Positions 1-13,369 of a stretch of DNA of 64,000 nt are shown here, piece by piece. The notes beneath the pieces were generated by a model that was not told where the DNA came from, made no database searches, and saw only the letters and a program-made list of their open reading frames with translations. Origin of the DNA: Eledone cirrhosa (taxonomy: Eukaryota); the NCBI GenBank assembly GCA_964016885.1, contig OZ024740.1, positions 187,302,001-187,366,000 of the forward strand, in the 5' to 3' direction. Made by a program: the position numbers and the translations under genes. Numbering within the stretch: position 1 is the stretch's first letter; every line of letters begins with the position of its first letter.

Positions 1-384
1 GCATCAGCTTCAGAATGATATAGTTACATTAATAAACGCCTCAAAATTCTTTATTTTCAAAAATATTTAAAAATCAAAGGCAATGTCTTTCATTAGAAAT
101 ATGGCAATGGTGAGCTCAAATGATTTATACCATAACATTTAGAGTAACAATTATACACTGAGATGTGTGCCACTGTGAGAACAATTTGTAGTATGGTAGA
201 GGCACAAATATAGACATCTGAGCACCAATGATATTAACTTCAAGTCTTATTTACTTTTGGATTTATCTTGGCAAAATAGGCAAAGTACAAAATTAAAGTA
301 GAGATTGTCAACTAAGTATGGCATGACATGGTCAGGTAACTCCTGAGGGAATTATAGGAGTGCCACATTGACATATGTGCGTCT

Positions 385-570
385 AGGGAATTTTTAAACC
401 TGGCAGAGCCCATCTCATCTCCAAGTCTGAGTACAGCATATTTCTCCCAGAGAAGGATATAGAGTGAGAGAATGGAAATGAGAAAGAGATATAGAGGAAG
501 AATTCACCCCAGTATTAGACTGGTTCTTTTTTATTGACCTCAAATGGATGAAATGCAAAGTTAGCTATAA
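385..570 (-). mobile_element. Degenerate SINE, long-tail family ('cctggcagagcccatctc...' family C)
   Basis: Same block recurs at about 30615, 43583 and inverted at 55075; it ends in the SINE core 'ggatgaaa.gcaaagtt'. Confidence 0.6.
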
Positions 571-1299
571 AATAGGTAAATAATCATACTTAAGTCTGAG
601 TTGGCAAGACACAAGCATAGAATAATGGACGTAAAATGATGATGATGAATGCCTGAGGAAAAGAATTATATTCACCACAGAAACAACTTTCATAAGTTTC
701 CTTGATCGCATTGAATCTGGAATAAGCAAACAAACAATAATATACAAAGTTGATAGGTTTTCATAATTTTTTAAATTCTGACTTTACATTTTAGTCACTA
801 TATTCGATAGAACTGAGACTTTTGTGGATATAGAAATTCAAACCTGAAAGTTAATACTGTTCTGGTGAGTAAAAGTTGTTATACAAGTTGTGAAACTGGA
901 AAAATACCATGTGCAATAATGAGTCAGTAGCTTGAAAGTGATTTTTCTCTCTGGTAATTAATTTAAGTGCTAAGTGTTAAAAGTCTACAGATTAATTATT
1001 AATTAGTGAATTACAATTTTATAACACACACATATGCAGACATGTGTGTGTATGGTGATGATGACGATGTGTGTGTGTCTACTAGCATAATACCTGTACA
1101 AAAATGATGAGGTGTTTAGTAAAATAATATTTAATTTAATATTTCCTTGATTACTACATTCTATGTGAAGTTGCTTGAATCATCAAGTTATTCTTCACTT
1201 TTGTAATCTTCAATCTGCTATCACCTTCTTCAAACTTGTATTGTCTCCAACATTGTATGCCTTTGTGGACATAAAAGAAATCATTATTATTAGTTTCAG

Positions 1300-1475
1300 T
1301 GAATTGGCAGTATTGGTAGAGGGTCAGACATGCTTTCCAGCGTAGTTACGTCCCTTTACGATCTGAGTTCAAATTCCGCCAAGGTTAACTTTGCCTTTCA
1401 TCCTTACGGGGTCGATAAAATAAAGTACCAGTAATGCACTGGGTAATTGCTAGCCTTGTGCCAAAAATAGAAACA
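1300..1475 (+). mobile_element. tRNA-derived SINE (family A), nested in an older SINE
   Basis: A-box-like TGGCAGTATTGG, B-box GAGTTCAAATTCC, core 'gcctttcatccttacggggtcgataaaataaagtaccag'; 17-bp TSD attattattagtttcag at 1283-1299 and 1476-1492. Confidence 0.9.
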
Positions 1476-1679
1476 ATTATTATTAGTTTCAGCTCTTTAT
1501 CTTCATAGTTTATATCCTGCTGAGGTCAACCTTATATTTCAGCCTTCTGGGCACCAATTAAAGTACCAGCCATATACTGAAGTGAATTTAATTATATAAC
1601 CCATCCACCATTTTCTACAACATTATTACATTGGAAATTCTTATAATTTTTATGATGTATAGCACTCTATTTTTTAAAT

Positions 1680-2640
1680 GTGCTCCGATGGATGTGTAAT
1701 GTTAGTGTGCATGAACCATATAGAAGAAGCAAGCTGAGAGAAAAACTTAGAATAAGAGGAAGTGGATGTAGTGGGCAATATATCTAACCCATGCAAGCAT
1801 GTAAGATAAACCTAAAACTATGACGATGACAATATATATCAATATATATATTATCCAATCCATGCTTGCATGGAAAAATAGATGTAAAATGATATGTATT
1901 CATAAACACAGTGAACATGCAGAGGCTGAAGGGAAATGAGGCAAGCATGCTTCAATGGGTGTGCAATATTAATGTGTAAGAATGACAAAGCATAGATGAA
2001 CTGAGGTTGAAACTGGGTACAAGGGAATCAGGCACAACCCTTTAGAAAAGCAACCATTATTGTTGGCACAATGAAAGGTAGATAGATTATGCAGAAGCTA
2101 GAGTAAAGTTATATAGAAATGTGATGTGTAAAAAGAAAATGTGATAGAGGGGAACCTCAGCCAGACTCTCTATTGGCTATAAAACACAGTTATAAATTCT
2201 TCTGGTTTACAGAGGTCAAGTGGGTGGAGAACACATAATGTTGACAGAGTAATGGATAAAGTAATTGAGGTGGAATGCAGAGTATTTTATGGAACAATAA
2301 GGTTCAGACTAGTCACATACAACACTACAGCAAGTTATTTGTGGAGAATATGTAATATCAGGGAAGAAATAAGCTAGATATGCTCTGCTGGATGTGTAAT
2401 GCTAGTGTGCATGTACAATAGAACAGAGAAAGTTGAGTATAAGTGGAATCAGTTTTAATGTGGAAGCAAGGAAACCTGAAAGATGACTGTGGGTAAAGAA
2501 TTGCCAAGAGAACCCCGTGGAAGGAGTTTGCAGAAAAATTCAAGATGTGAAAGTGAATCTCAGGATGCTGAAACCCACAAATGACTTCAACTTGTAATAG
2601 GTGTGTGAAACAAAGAAAGCATCCAACATATGACGATGAT
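1680..2640 (+). mobile_element. Several decayed RTE LINE 3'-end fragments
   Basis: Repeated 'atgctccgatggatgtgtaatg' (MLRWMCN-like) and tails 'cccatgcaagcatg...(tga)n' matching the RTE at 56-58 kb. Confidence 0.7.
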
Positions 2641-3792
2641 GAATGTATATATATGTGTGTGTATGTGTGCATGTATATATATGTGTGTGTGTGTGTGTAC
2701 ATCTATACACAATACAATTTAGTCACATATGTATTTCAATATGTTTATATATAGAAGTGAGTCTATCCAACATATCTTTCAATATACACATATACATATA
2801 TATTATTTCTTCATAGTTTTATTTCTATTCATTATGTGTGCTTATATTCAGAGTATATATATATGCTCACAGTCAGTGTTATGAATATATGATAACTGAA
2901 TATTTGTGAATTAGAATTGCCATATTTTTAATGGTATTTACCAAAATGCTTAGGGGATAGTTTTCCAAAACAAGTATTTGTGAACCTAGCTTATTCTATG
3001 AAAGATTCTTCAAAGACAGTGCCAGTGGGAGATTTTCTTTACTTTTTGAGATGATAATTGTGAGAGGGTCTCTAACCGTAAAACTACAAAATAATATAGC
3101 AACTTTAAAGAATGGCTATTCTATAAGAACTACTATTTTCATACCAAATTTACCCATTACTGTGTTAAGCAGCAGCAGCAGCAGCTGAAAAATATATTAT
3201 GCAAGTATTTATCCTATATAAATAAAATTCTACAACACATATTCTAATGGATAATTTCGAATAGAATTTCAAATATTGGAATTAAAATAAATGCTATAAA
3301 ATAAAAAATTAAAAAAATAAATCATGAAGATGAGAAAGCTGTTTTTTTTTATGTGTTACTGTAAATGAAAATTCACTACTTTCTTTTCCTCCCCATCACT
3401 CTTTTGCTTTTTGTTTTTCAAAAATAAATATGCTACATAATTTGATAGATCGGACTTAATAAGACAGATAATAAAATATCATAAAAATGCATATTGATTA
3501 TTTTTTGATATTGGTGTTTCATTCTGAAAACCTGCATTAGATATTTCAATATCAGAAAAAAGATTATGGAGAATACTATCAATAGAATAGATGACAGAAA
3601 TGGATTGATTAGAAGTACAATGAATGAATGTTTTCTAGAAGAATTTGTTGTGAAAATATCTTACTTATAACATATAATGTAGTGACTGCCTAACATTTTC
3701 CAGAGTAAAAATATGAAATGTCTGGGAATATAATACTTTGTTGTTTTAGCCTACTAAGCTGAAGAATATTGCAGCAGTCCCTTCACATGATA

Positions 3793-4070
3793 TGTGGAAG
3801 CACATGACATTGTGGTAAGGGTGTTGGACAAATGATCATAATGTTGTAGGTTCAATTCCTCAACTGGTTTGTGAGTTGTATTCTTGAGCAAAACACTTAA
3901 TTTCATATTTCTCCAGCATACTCAGCTGAAAATGAGTACAAACAGAAGCTAGATGGACTGGTGTCCTAACCATGGGGGAATCTTACACTCTCAGTCACTT
4001 AATTGCCATGAAAACTGAAATAAATAAGCACTATCCTCATGAGCTTCTGGGCTTGAGCCATACATTAACA
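3793..4070 (+). mobile_element. Old tRNA-headed SINE
   Basis: Head 'gtggaagcacatgacattgtggtaagggtgttgg...ggttcaattcc' and 'ttgagcaaaacact', related to the copy at 8231. Confidence 0.65.
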
Positions 4071-4194
4071 TTTTTCCCATGATAGAGTGGTCAAGTTCAG
4101 AGCACATCTCTTACTATATACAGCCTCCAAAATTATCTTTTTCTTTGCTACTCCAGTCGTCAACTTATCACAGATGACTCAACAAGGGAATTCT

Positions 4195-4400
4195 CACACA
4201 GTTCCATACTCTACAAGAAATAGCAGCCAAATCTCCCTCAAATCACACCTACAGTCTTTAAAATAGAAAGAACGAATAATATATTCATACATAGACAATG
4301 CCTAAGAAATAAAAAGAGACAATATTGTCATGGCAAGTGACTTTGATCATAGGTTTACTGGATCAGCGCTGATCCCTGAGCTAAACTTATACAACAATTA
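4195..4400 (+). repeat. Unclassified dispersed repeat E ('agaaatagcagccaaatctccctcaaat')
   Basis: Further copies at about 18355, 20230, 22310, 39985, 43040 and 44055, and inverted at about 46460. Confidence 0.7.
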
Positions 4401-4559
4401 TGTTATATATAAACTGATTTTTTAAAATTCTATTTACTTAACACTAAATAGCAATAAGCAAATTATTTACTTAAAATTAGTACAAAAAAAACAAATATCT
4501 GCTTTCTCACATTGCTATAAAAGACATAATGGCTATGGATACAACTCCCAACAATAGTG

Positions 4560-4870
4560 TGTCAAATCCAGTGCCTTCTGACTCCTATTGGAGGAACCCT
4601 TTTCTGGTTTACCTCCACTGCTTTTTGTATTATTATGATTATGTCAGGGGTGTAGCTGTACTAACCACGCTTGGTCAATTGCCCACTGGTGAGATAATTT
4701 AAAGTTGGGGTGCATGGCCATTGACTTTGAGAAGTTTGCTCGCTTTTTTAACAGCTCCTCACCACACCAGGATCTCATGTGGGAGGCAGTTTAGTCACTG
4801 ACCATTCAACCATGAAGCAGGTTGTACTAAGTTATATGGTACCAGAAACAGGCAGATTCCTGGCCTGACC
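4560..4870. repeat. Dispersed repeat D (possibly a LINE 5' region)
   Basis: 'ctgtact.accatgcttggtcaattg...gtttagtcac...ggttacatggtacc' recurs at about 22140-22300, 25090-25280 and 31330-31690. Confidence 0.65.
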
Positions 4871-5505
4871 ATACAATAGTGTGCATATATGACATTATCC
4901 AATGTGGCATTCTTTGAAAGTCACAATTTAGACAACTACATATAACTCCTCAGCATCATAGATTGTTACTATTATGAACCAGATATATTCAAGTCTTGAA
5001 AATCCTGTCTTTTCTTTTATCTTTTTCTGGCATTGTCATGTAGGACTACATTATCCAATATATTACTCCATTGTAAGCTAGTAGAATGGGAAATAATGAA
5101 AATTTAGTTGCTAATTCTACCAGGGCAAGTAGTTACATAAAGGCTCTTCTCATTGGCTTCTGCATGTCCTTCCATTTTAAGACAGCAGAGTATGATTCGA
5201 GAGACATCTGGCTAATCTTTTTAACAAGTTGAACAACCTCATTGAGGCTCTTCTTATTGGTTTGCGCGTGATGATTTGTTTTGGAGCTACTGGTGGTTTG
5301 ATTGAAACAATAAGCCAATAAACCAATAAAAAGATTGGCTTATGATGAAAACAGGAAACATGATTATGATGATGAAGATAGATTAGATCTCACAAAATTT
5401 AGGCCTGAGAGAGAGAGAGAGAGATGGGAGATGGGAGAGGGAGGAACAGACAGAAAAAGAGTTATGTGAGGAGAGGTTATTCTGTAGACTTATTGAATAA
5501 ATAAC

Positions 5506-5609
5506 CGTTTCTACTTTAGGCACAAGGCCAGCAATTACCCAGTACATTACTGGTACTTTATTTTATCGACCCCGTAAGGATGAAAGGCAAGGTCAACCTC
5601 GGCGGGATT
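5506..5609 (-). mobile_element. 5'-truncated SINE family A
   Basis: Core and tail present; 19-bp TSD gacttattgaataaataac at 5487-5505 and 5610-5628. Confidence 0.9.
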
Positions 5610-8230
5610 GACTTATTGAATAAATAACAGCACCTAAAATAAATATTAAACTAATAACAATGTTAACCTTAATGTATAGTGAGTGAGTAATTGATATTTT
5701 CATGGAATTGACTAGCAAGCAGATAATTAGTATACCGAAAGGGTTAAAGAGAAAAGCTTAACTAAGTCAAATACTTTGTGATAAAATGTGTGCTTTTATA
5801 AAATGAAATTATAAAATTGGATAACAAAGGACCATAAAAGAACACAAAAAATGGAATCTAATTTAATTAAAATAATGTTGGTTTTCAATGGAAAAAGGAA
5901 TTAATTCTAATTTAGTTTTACTAATTAAAGTTAAAAACGTACTATATTTTGTGTGGTGATGATGGTAATGAAGGCTGCGATGATGAAGGCAGATGATGTT
6001 GAAGATAATCATAATGATGATGATGAGATGATGATGATGTTGACAATGTTGATTGTGTCATGACATGGAATTTCTAAGTAATCGTAGTTGTGCAATATAT
6101 AGAAGGCACCAACGGTGATAATTACATTAAGGCAGAATGTGCCAGTTAAGTTAAGTTTCTTTTCATTATTGTTGGAAATCAAAAAAAAAATATATATATA
6201 TATATATATTTTTTTTTTAAATATATATATATAAAAGAATAAAAAAAATATCAGTTTTGTTATTAGAAAATAGCCTATTGACAAACATGGCTTACTGCAG
6301 ATGGAAAGTGAAAGTAGGAAAAATTACAATCATGATAAAAGACAAAAGTATAAGTAAGGGAAAAAGGGATGTTAGTTTCAACAACAAATTAGATGTGAGT
6401 CTTATTTATATTATATTTCTTTATATAAATGTACACAATAGATTGTCACCACTACTCTAAATTACATGTGTATTATTTTTAATGAAATAAGCATGTAGAC
6501 TGTAGTTTGATTTCTTTGTGAAAGCATTTGGTAGAAATGTTATTTCATATGGACTTTTAGAGAATGTATATACATTTCAAACCCAAAGAGTGTTTTGATT
6601 TTAATTATCGAAATGAAACATACAAAGAAAACAAAGAAATGAAATAGAAATGTATATAGCCTACATTTTGTAACTATTCACACACTTCAATTTATTTAGC
6701 AAAGCTCCATAATACCAAGGTTGTGTGCACATTTGTTTTGGTACAGGAGAGAGAGAGAGGGAGAGAGAGAGAAGTAGAGAGAGAAAGAGACAGAGCGAGA
6801 GACAGAGTGTTGAATTTAATGCTGTATTCTCAGTTCGTTTATGCTTTGTCGTTTACGTATTACACATCCATCGGAGCATGCAAGCTTCATTTCTTTCCAA
6901 TCTTTGCAAGTAATCTGCACACAGCACCCAGGTCTCACTACCATGCAACATTGCAGTTCATATGTATACATCATACATATACTGCTTTTCATTTTGAGGG
7001 GAAAGCCTTTTGTAGTAGATCTCTGAACGTCTTCCATATCATTCTTACTCTGGCTACTGTACTTTCGGAACACTCACCTCCACTGCTAATTTGGTCACCC
7101 AGGTAGCAGAAGCTGTCACCTGATTCTACCAAACATTCCCGGAATTTGATAGTGCTTGTTTCCTGTAACCGTTTACTGCCTACTGCTCTGGTTCAGTGGC
7201 TACATGTAAAATCTACATTCTTAGCTAAATTACCTAAGATCCCAGTGCATCTCTTCCGTACACATAGTTTGCAGAGTCCACCAGATTAAGTGTTCTCCAG
7301 ATCAATAAATGCTAGTTAGAGCATCTAACTTATAGCTAGGTACTTCTCCTGTAGCTGCTTCACCAGGAAGAGAGTATCTGTGGTGCTTTTACCTGGTATA
7401 AATCTGAACTGCATCTCATCTAGATTTACCCTAATCAGCTGTGCTATAGTACTTTCTGTAACTTTCATGACCTTGTACCCCAGCTTGATACCTCTATAGC
7501 TTCCTCTATCTAGTGCATCTCCTTTACCCTTGTAACAATTGACAATGATGCTGCAGTGCCAATCATTCAGTATGATAACATTTAGTATTACTTGATTTAC
7601 AATACATGTTGTTGATGTGTGACCCACTGACCCTTTGCTTTCAGCATCTCAGCAACTATACCCGATGAACCGGCTGCTTTCCCAGTCTTCATATCCTTAA
7701 TTGCCTTACTTACTACACTGTTGCTGACTTGTACAGATGGGCTCTCTGTAATGTTCACTTTGGGTAGAGTCTCTTTCTCCCATGCTTTCTTCTCATTCAG
7801 TAATCTTTCATAATAGTTCTTCCATGCAACTTTCTTTTCAGTGTCTGTGAGGGCAAGTGTGCCTTTATTATCACGGACATACTTCTCCCTAATGACATCA
7901 CAAGTGTCCCTAACACACTGTCTCTCAATCCTGAAGACCTCATGTTTCTAGTCTTTACACTGCAAAACATGCTTGAATTTTTTATATTCTGCTTCCTTCC
8001 TTGCCAATTATTCATATTGTCTAGCTTCCCACCTGGCCTATATGTAGTGTACCCTGCTTCCCTAATTCTTCCATGCCTGTCTCTTGGCTTTAATTGTTTC
8101 ATTAATCTCTGTAGCCCTGCTCCATCCACAGATCTCATCTGTCGCTTTCAGTAGATTATCTTTCAGGAACTCCCAATACTCCTCTATACTGAATGTCTGA
8201 ATGTCTCTATCTGGAGACACATAGCTTAGT

Positions 8231-8620
8231 TGGAGGCACATGGCTTAGTGGTTAGAGCATTGGCCTTGCAATCGAAAGGTTGTGAGTTCAATTCTCAGAC
8301 TGGGTGATGTGTTGTTTCCTTGAGCAAGACACTTTATTTCACATTGCTCCAGTTTACTCAGCTGTAGAAATGAAATGATAGGACTGGGTTCCCTATCATT
8401 CCACTGCAAAGTGGTCGTGGAGGTGCCACATCAAAAAAGCACCCAACCCACACTGTAAAGTGGACGTGTAGGTGCCACGGGAAAAAAAGCACCCAGCACT
8501 CACTGTAAATGAGGTTGGTGTTAGGAAGGGCATCCAACTGTAGAAATCAAGCCAGAATCAGTTCCCGTCCCACCCTTGCAAGAAGGGAAAAGCGGACGTA
8601 AAATGATGATGATGATAATG
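8231..8620 (+). mobile_element. tRNA-headed SINE with RTE-type tail (family B)
   Basis: Head TGGCTTAGTGG...GAGTTCAATTC, internal roughly 40-bp tandem units, 'taggaagggcatcca', (TGA)n tail. Confidence 0.85.
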
Positions 8621-8697
8621 TTCTTCCTTGCTGTTGTAGGTGTCAAACAAAATATCTCTAAATTTGTTACTGACTGAGGGCTCTTTCAGCTTTCATG

Positions 8698-8878
8698 TGG
8701 AATGGCAGTATTGGTAGAGGCTCGGACGCCATGCTTTGAAGCATAGAGTTAGCTCCCTGTATGATCTGAGTTCAAATCCCGCCAAGGTTAACTTTGCCTT
8801 TCATCCTTACGGGGTCGATAAAATAAAGTACCAGTAATGCCCTGGGTAATTGCTGGCCTTGTGCCAAAAGTAGAAAAT
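8698..8878 (+). mobile_element. SINE family A nested in the RTE fossil
   Basis: Full head, core and tail match to the other family A copies. Confidence 0.9.
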
Positions 8879-9745
8879 TTATCCTCCAGGTTGCTCTCTG
8901 TCTCCAAGTTCATCTAGTTCTGACCATGAAGTCACTAACTATTTGGTTATGTTGGGAGGTGCATGTCTCACTAGGGATGGATTTCGCGTTTACCACCGTC
9001 ACTCTATCTTGTCTTCTGATAATGATAAAATCCATCTGACTAGGATGTTCACCAGATCTATAGGTGGTCAGGTGGTTGTCGGGTTTTTTTAAGTTTATGT
9101 TGATACGTCATTGGCACCACAGAATTCTGGGAGCCTCAAAACCTCTTCATTTCTTGCAGAGTGTGTACAGTACATATGTGATGGTTTCAGTCAATAGGTT
9201 GAAATGGAATGAAATGAAATGTGTTAACCTAGGTTGAATCTCTAATCTCTAATAGAGAAAAAAGGAGAGAGAGAAGAAGGAGAATGGGCAATAATATTTG
9301 ATTCGATATAAAACTCATAAATGCATTTCTGTAACCCACAGTGTGAGAACAAGAAATCAAATTTAAATTTTGTTTATATAATGTGCATATATATATGTAT
9401 TTATATACATAAATATATATATACACATACACACGCACATGCACACACACACTTATATATATCATCATCATCATGGTTTAACGTCTATCTTCCACGCTAT
9501 ATATATATATATAAGTATGTTTTGAAAGAGTGAGCGAGTTATGAAATTAGAAATAGAATCTTTCGCCGTATTTTTTTTACTAAGAAATTTTAGCCTGATA
9601 GTTGGGTTTAGAACCCTCTAAGGAATGGAAAAAGATTAGCATTGATGTACATGTACATCAATACTCATCTTTTTAAATTTCTTAGATGCTTCTAAACTCC
9701 ACTATCAAGCTAAAATTTCCTTAGTCAAAAAATATGGTGAAAGCT

Positions 9746-9782
<37 letters not shown>

Positions 9783-10569
9783 CCTATATAAATATATTGA
9801 GAGAGTGGGGGAGATAGACAGACAGATAGACATATAAAAGTGGGCAGTAAATTTAACAAAAGAAACCTGAAGAGGTGAAGAGTATATTGAGTGGTGCTTC
9901 AACAATTAAAGTGGAAAACTTACAGACAGTTTACTCTTGACAACTTAGAATTCATCACCTCTAATTAGATTTATGTCTCTTTCTGTTTCTAGAATAAGAA
10001 AAAGAATAGTGTTCATTCCATTTGAGAAAGATTGTTGAAAAATACATTACAAAATATCTTTTAACTCTCCATGGCTATTGGTTTTGTTACTGTATTTATA
10101 ATAGAAAATGTTATTTTGAAAATAATCATGCATTTGAAGGATTAAGTAATATAACTTACATATTATTAAGTATGAAATACAACAATGGAAGATTTTAAAA
10201 TATATATAAATGCTTTCATATAATTAAACAGGGTTTAAAATGGCTTGATATCAAAAGGCTTAATATATAGTTCTAATAGGGAATTTCTATAGCTATTGCA
10301 ATCAAAAGAAGCTTACACATTTTTTTAATTAAAATAAGTATATTTGTTGGCATATAAGACCTACATTTGGCATATAAAACCGACTTTTTTTTTATAGAAA
10401 AACTTGTTAAACGGTTCAGAAGATATTACTCAGGTTTTATGTGCAAAATTGAGTTCTCTGGAAGGTAACCTAGACACTGTAAATTGCCAGCTTAACTTCA
10501 TACACTATAAATAATTGCTTCCCTTGTCTGGTTTTCTCTCTTTCTGGTATTTTCATCTCTAGTGGTTTT

Positions 10570-10830
10570 TCACCATCATCATCCTTTTTACATCAGCTTT
10601 TCCATGCTTGCCAAGGTTAGATGAGTATTTTCCAGAATAACCACTGAGTCTGCTTCCACTTTCTGTGTTTCTTCATCATCTCTGTGAGGTTCAGCATTTT
10701 GAGATGATATGCTCTTACTAATTCTGCCCAAGCTTTGCTCTACTGCAAGACCATTCCAATGGGAACTCCTGGCATATCTTCATCAAACAATCATCAACCA
10801 TATACATCACCTGTCCATACAAGCATAGCG
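10570..10830 (-). mobile_element. Decayed RTE 3' fragment
   Basis: (CAT)n plus 'tttccatgcttg' tail, and similarity to the end of the RTE ORF. Confidence 0.6.
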
Positions 10831-11685
10831 AAGCTGCTTTTGCTTGAAGAAAACATTATTATTAAAAAATGTTCACTATCATTGCCTATAAATGCATATC
10901 TAAGGAGCTGACAGTGCAGATTCAGGCCCCAACCATTATGATCAATATTGAAACAATTGTCATATGTAATAAAATTCCTTTAGTGTGCAACCATGACTTC
11001 ATTCCTTCTTACTTGTATTTACACTCAACCACCTTAATCTTTGAGTACACACATTAAAATATATACCCCACACGAGACAGAACCTCATAATAGTATTGAG
11101 TGCTTTAACTGATGAACTGCCTCTAACCATAGTTACAGACATATCTACCATTTATATGTGTGTGTATATATATATATATAAGTTGGTCATCAAATATGTG
11201 TCATCAAATACAGTACTGAGTGTAAGGTACATCACCTGTGCCTGGTTAAGGCAAAAGCTAAGGTCTCTGCATTTTTCAGGGTCAACATTCTAATTTCTTT
11301 AATACTACAGTGCTATTCAATTTTTTACAAAAATGTGTATACAATAACAAAAGAAACTATTAAATGAAACAAAAACGAAAAAGGAAATGAAAAGAAGAAA
11401 AAGATTTTAAGCAATGGAAGAAGGGTTGTCGGGGAGGGACAGACACTACACCCCAATCTAAATGGTGCCACAGCAGTGCAAAATGGCAAAAGTGTTACCA
11501 TAGAGAATGGCTGCAACAACCAGTCCACTTCACAGGGCTCCTTCCTAAAGTAGGCCATTGTCTTTCCGATTTTATGGAGGAAATCAGCAGTGCAGGAACC
11601 AAGAATTCCAGAGGTCTCGATTGAGACTGATACAAAGAGGAACCAGACAGTCGCTTTGGATTTTTATAACTTACAGTAGGTTTAA

Positions 11686-11904
11686 CCCTTTAGCATTTAC
11701 ATTACTCATATATACTATTGTATTTTTGTGGTAAAGGCTTTACCTCACATAATTATCTCACATAATATTGAATCTACAAGATTTTGATGTTATTATTTTG
11801 AGAACTATACCTTAATATCTGTATGAATGGCCAGTTATGGCTGGTTTGAACAGAAAGAGCTGAGAGAATTCTGGCCGGATATGGCCAGTTTAAATGCTAA
11901 AGGG
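11686..11904. mobile_element. piggyBac-type MITE
   Basis: TTAA on both sides; terminal inverted repeats (TIRs) CCCTTTAGCATTTA / TAAATGCTAAAGGG. Confidence 0.85.
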
Positions 11905-13369
11905 TTAAGATTAATCCAATATGGAGAATACTTCTGAGAATCAGTATACTTTAAAATTAATCAAATTACAACAATCAAATTAAATTGCAATGGTAAATTG
12001 ACAGACTTCATTTTTGTCGGATGGTAATTCTATTTCTCTATTTCAATGCATTAAATCTGTCATATAGTTATTAAACTAAATTATTATTTTTCTCATAAAT
12101 AAAATGGGTTGAATGAATAATTATTAATATATTGCAAGGCACCTTAATGATAACCATCAACATTAAATCAAAATTTCTAAACAAGTAAGAAATATTTTAT
12201 CATGTACAGTTTTGACATTAACATTCAACTGTTAAGTAAACTATAGTAAATAACAAGTTTAAATTAATATAGTTACATTTTTCGAAATGAAATATAAATT
12301 ATAATAGGTTTGCGTGACAGGAGTATGTATTTAACTTTTAAATATTAGCAGATTAACTAACAATACAAAGGTTAAGCTTCGTTTTTACTTTCGATTTAAA
12401 ATAGAATCTTGTCTTCTGATTTATTCAACAAAGTTAAGATATCATAATCATGATGCTTCACATAAAAAATATACAATCACAGTGAAAAAGTAAATCAATT
12501 CAACACTAAGTTCATCAACCAGTCAAACACCACAAGGTGTATTGGAACCACCCTCCAATAATAAGGGTCAACGAAAAGAAAAGACTTCATCCACTCAAAT
12601 CCAACTCCTAATTTACCACATATCAGGTATCATTTTACAGAGTTAACCTACTAAATATTTCAAATATGCAAATTAGCAGTTAAAAATCAAGCTTTTAGTA
12701 AATTTGTAAATAGTGGAATCCTTTCAAGTTGATCTATACACACTGGACCTTCATTTAAAGACTTGGATTCATAAAAGTAATCATAATTCTATAGAATAGT
12801 TACATTTTTAATGTGGGCCTCTATAGCATGTTAGAAGCCCAGCGTTAGCTTAATTGAACCACATTCGGCGCAACACATATATAATAACGAGCCCTCAATG
12901 CAAAAACTACTAAAAAACAATAGAAAATATTTAAAATCCACAAATAACATAATATTTCTTTCTAAAGTAGACAAACAGTCCAGCAATTTGGAGGGAAGGG
13001 AAATTTAATTATTCGACTCCAGTCCTTTACTAGTATTTTATTTTATCAACCCTGAAAGAAGGAAAAGCAAAGTTGATCTCAGCTATAATTGCACTCAGAG
13101 CATAGAAATGTGTACTGCCAATCCACCTTCCTTGACTATACAATAAAAATATTCAGAATTTCTAACAGAGGCACAAGGCTACAATTTGTGTGTGTATGTG
13201 TGTGTGTGTGTGTGGGGGGGGGGGGGGTAGTTAATTAGATTAACACTTGTATATTAACACTGGTTCTTTATTGTATTGGCTCCAAGGCACAGTGCACCCA
13301 GAATGCCAAATTTGGGAATAAATTCATATCTCTGCAAAATATTGACACACATAAGTTGTTTATAGTGCG

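Larger units (their letters stand above)
6806..9170 (-). mobile_element. RTE LINE fossil (APE endonuclease C-terminus to RT), internally deleted, with nested SINEs
   Basis: ORF 7325-7627 has YKGKGDALDRGSYRGIKL...MQFRFIPGKSTTD. Minus strand near 9020-9160 reads RNEE..LPEFC.AND and TYRSGEHPSQMDFIIIRR (APE C-terminal motifs). Colinear with the 56-58 kb copy. Confidence 0.9.

Noticed and set aside
795-864. Plus-strand AG...GT-bounded segment
   Set aside because: Stops in all three frames and no supporting partner exon; could only be non-coding.
8231-8300. tRNA-like sequences (also 3793, 35025, 47125)
   Set aside because: SINE heads continuing into SINE bodies; no complete cloverleaf.
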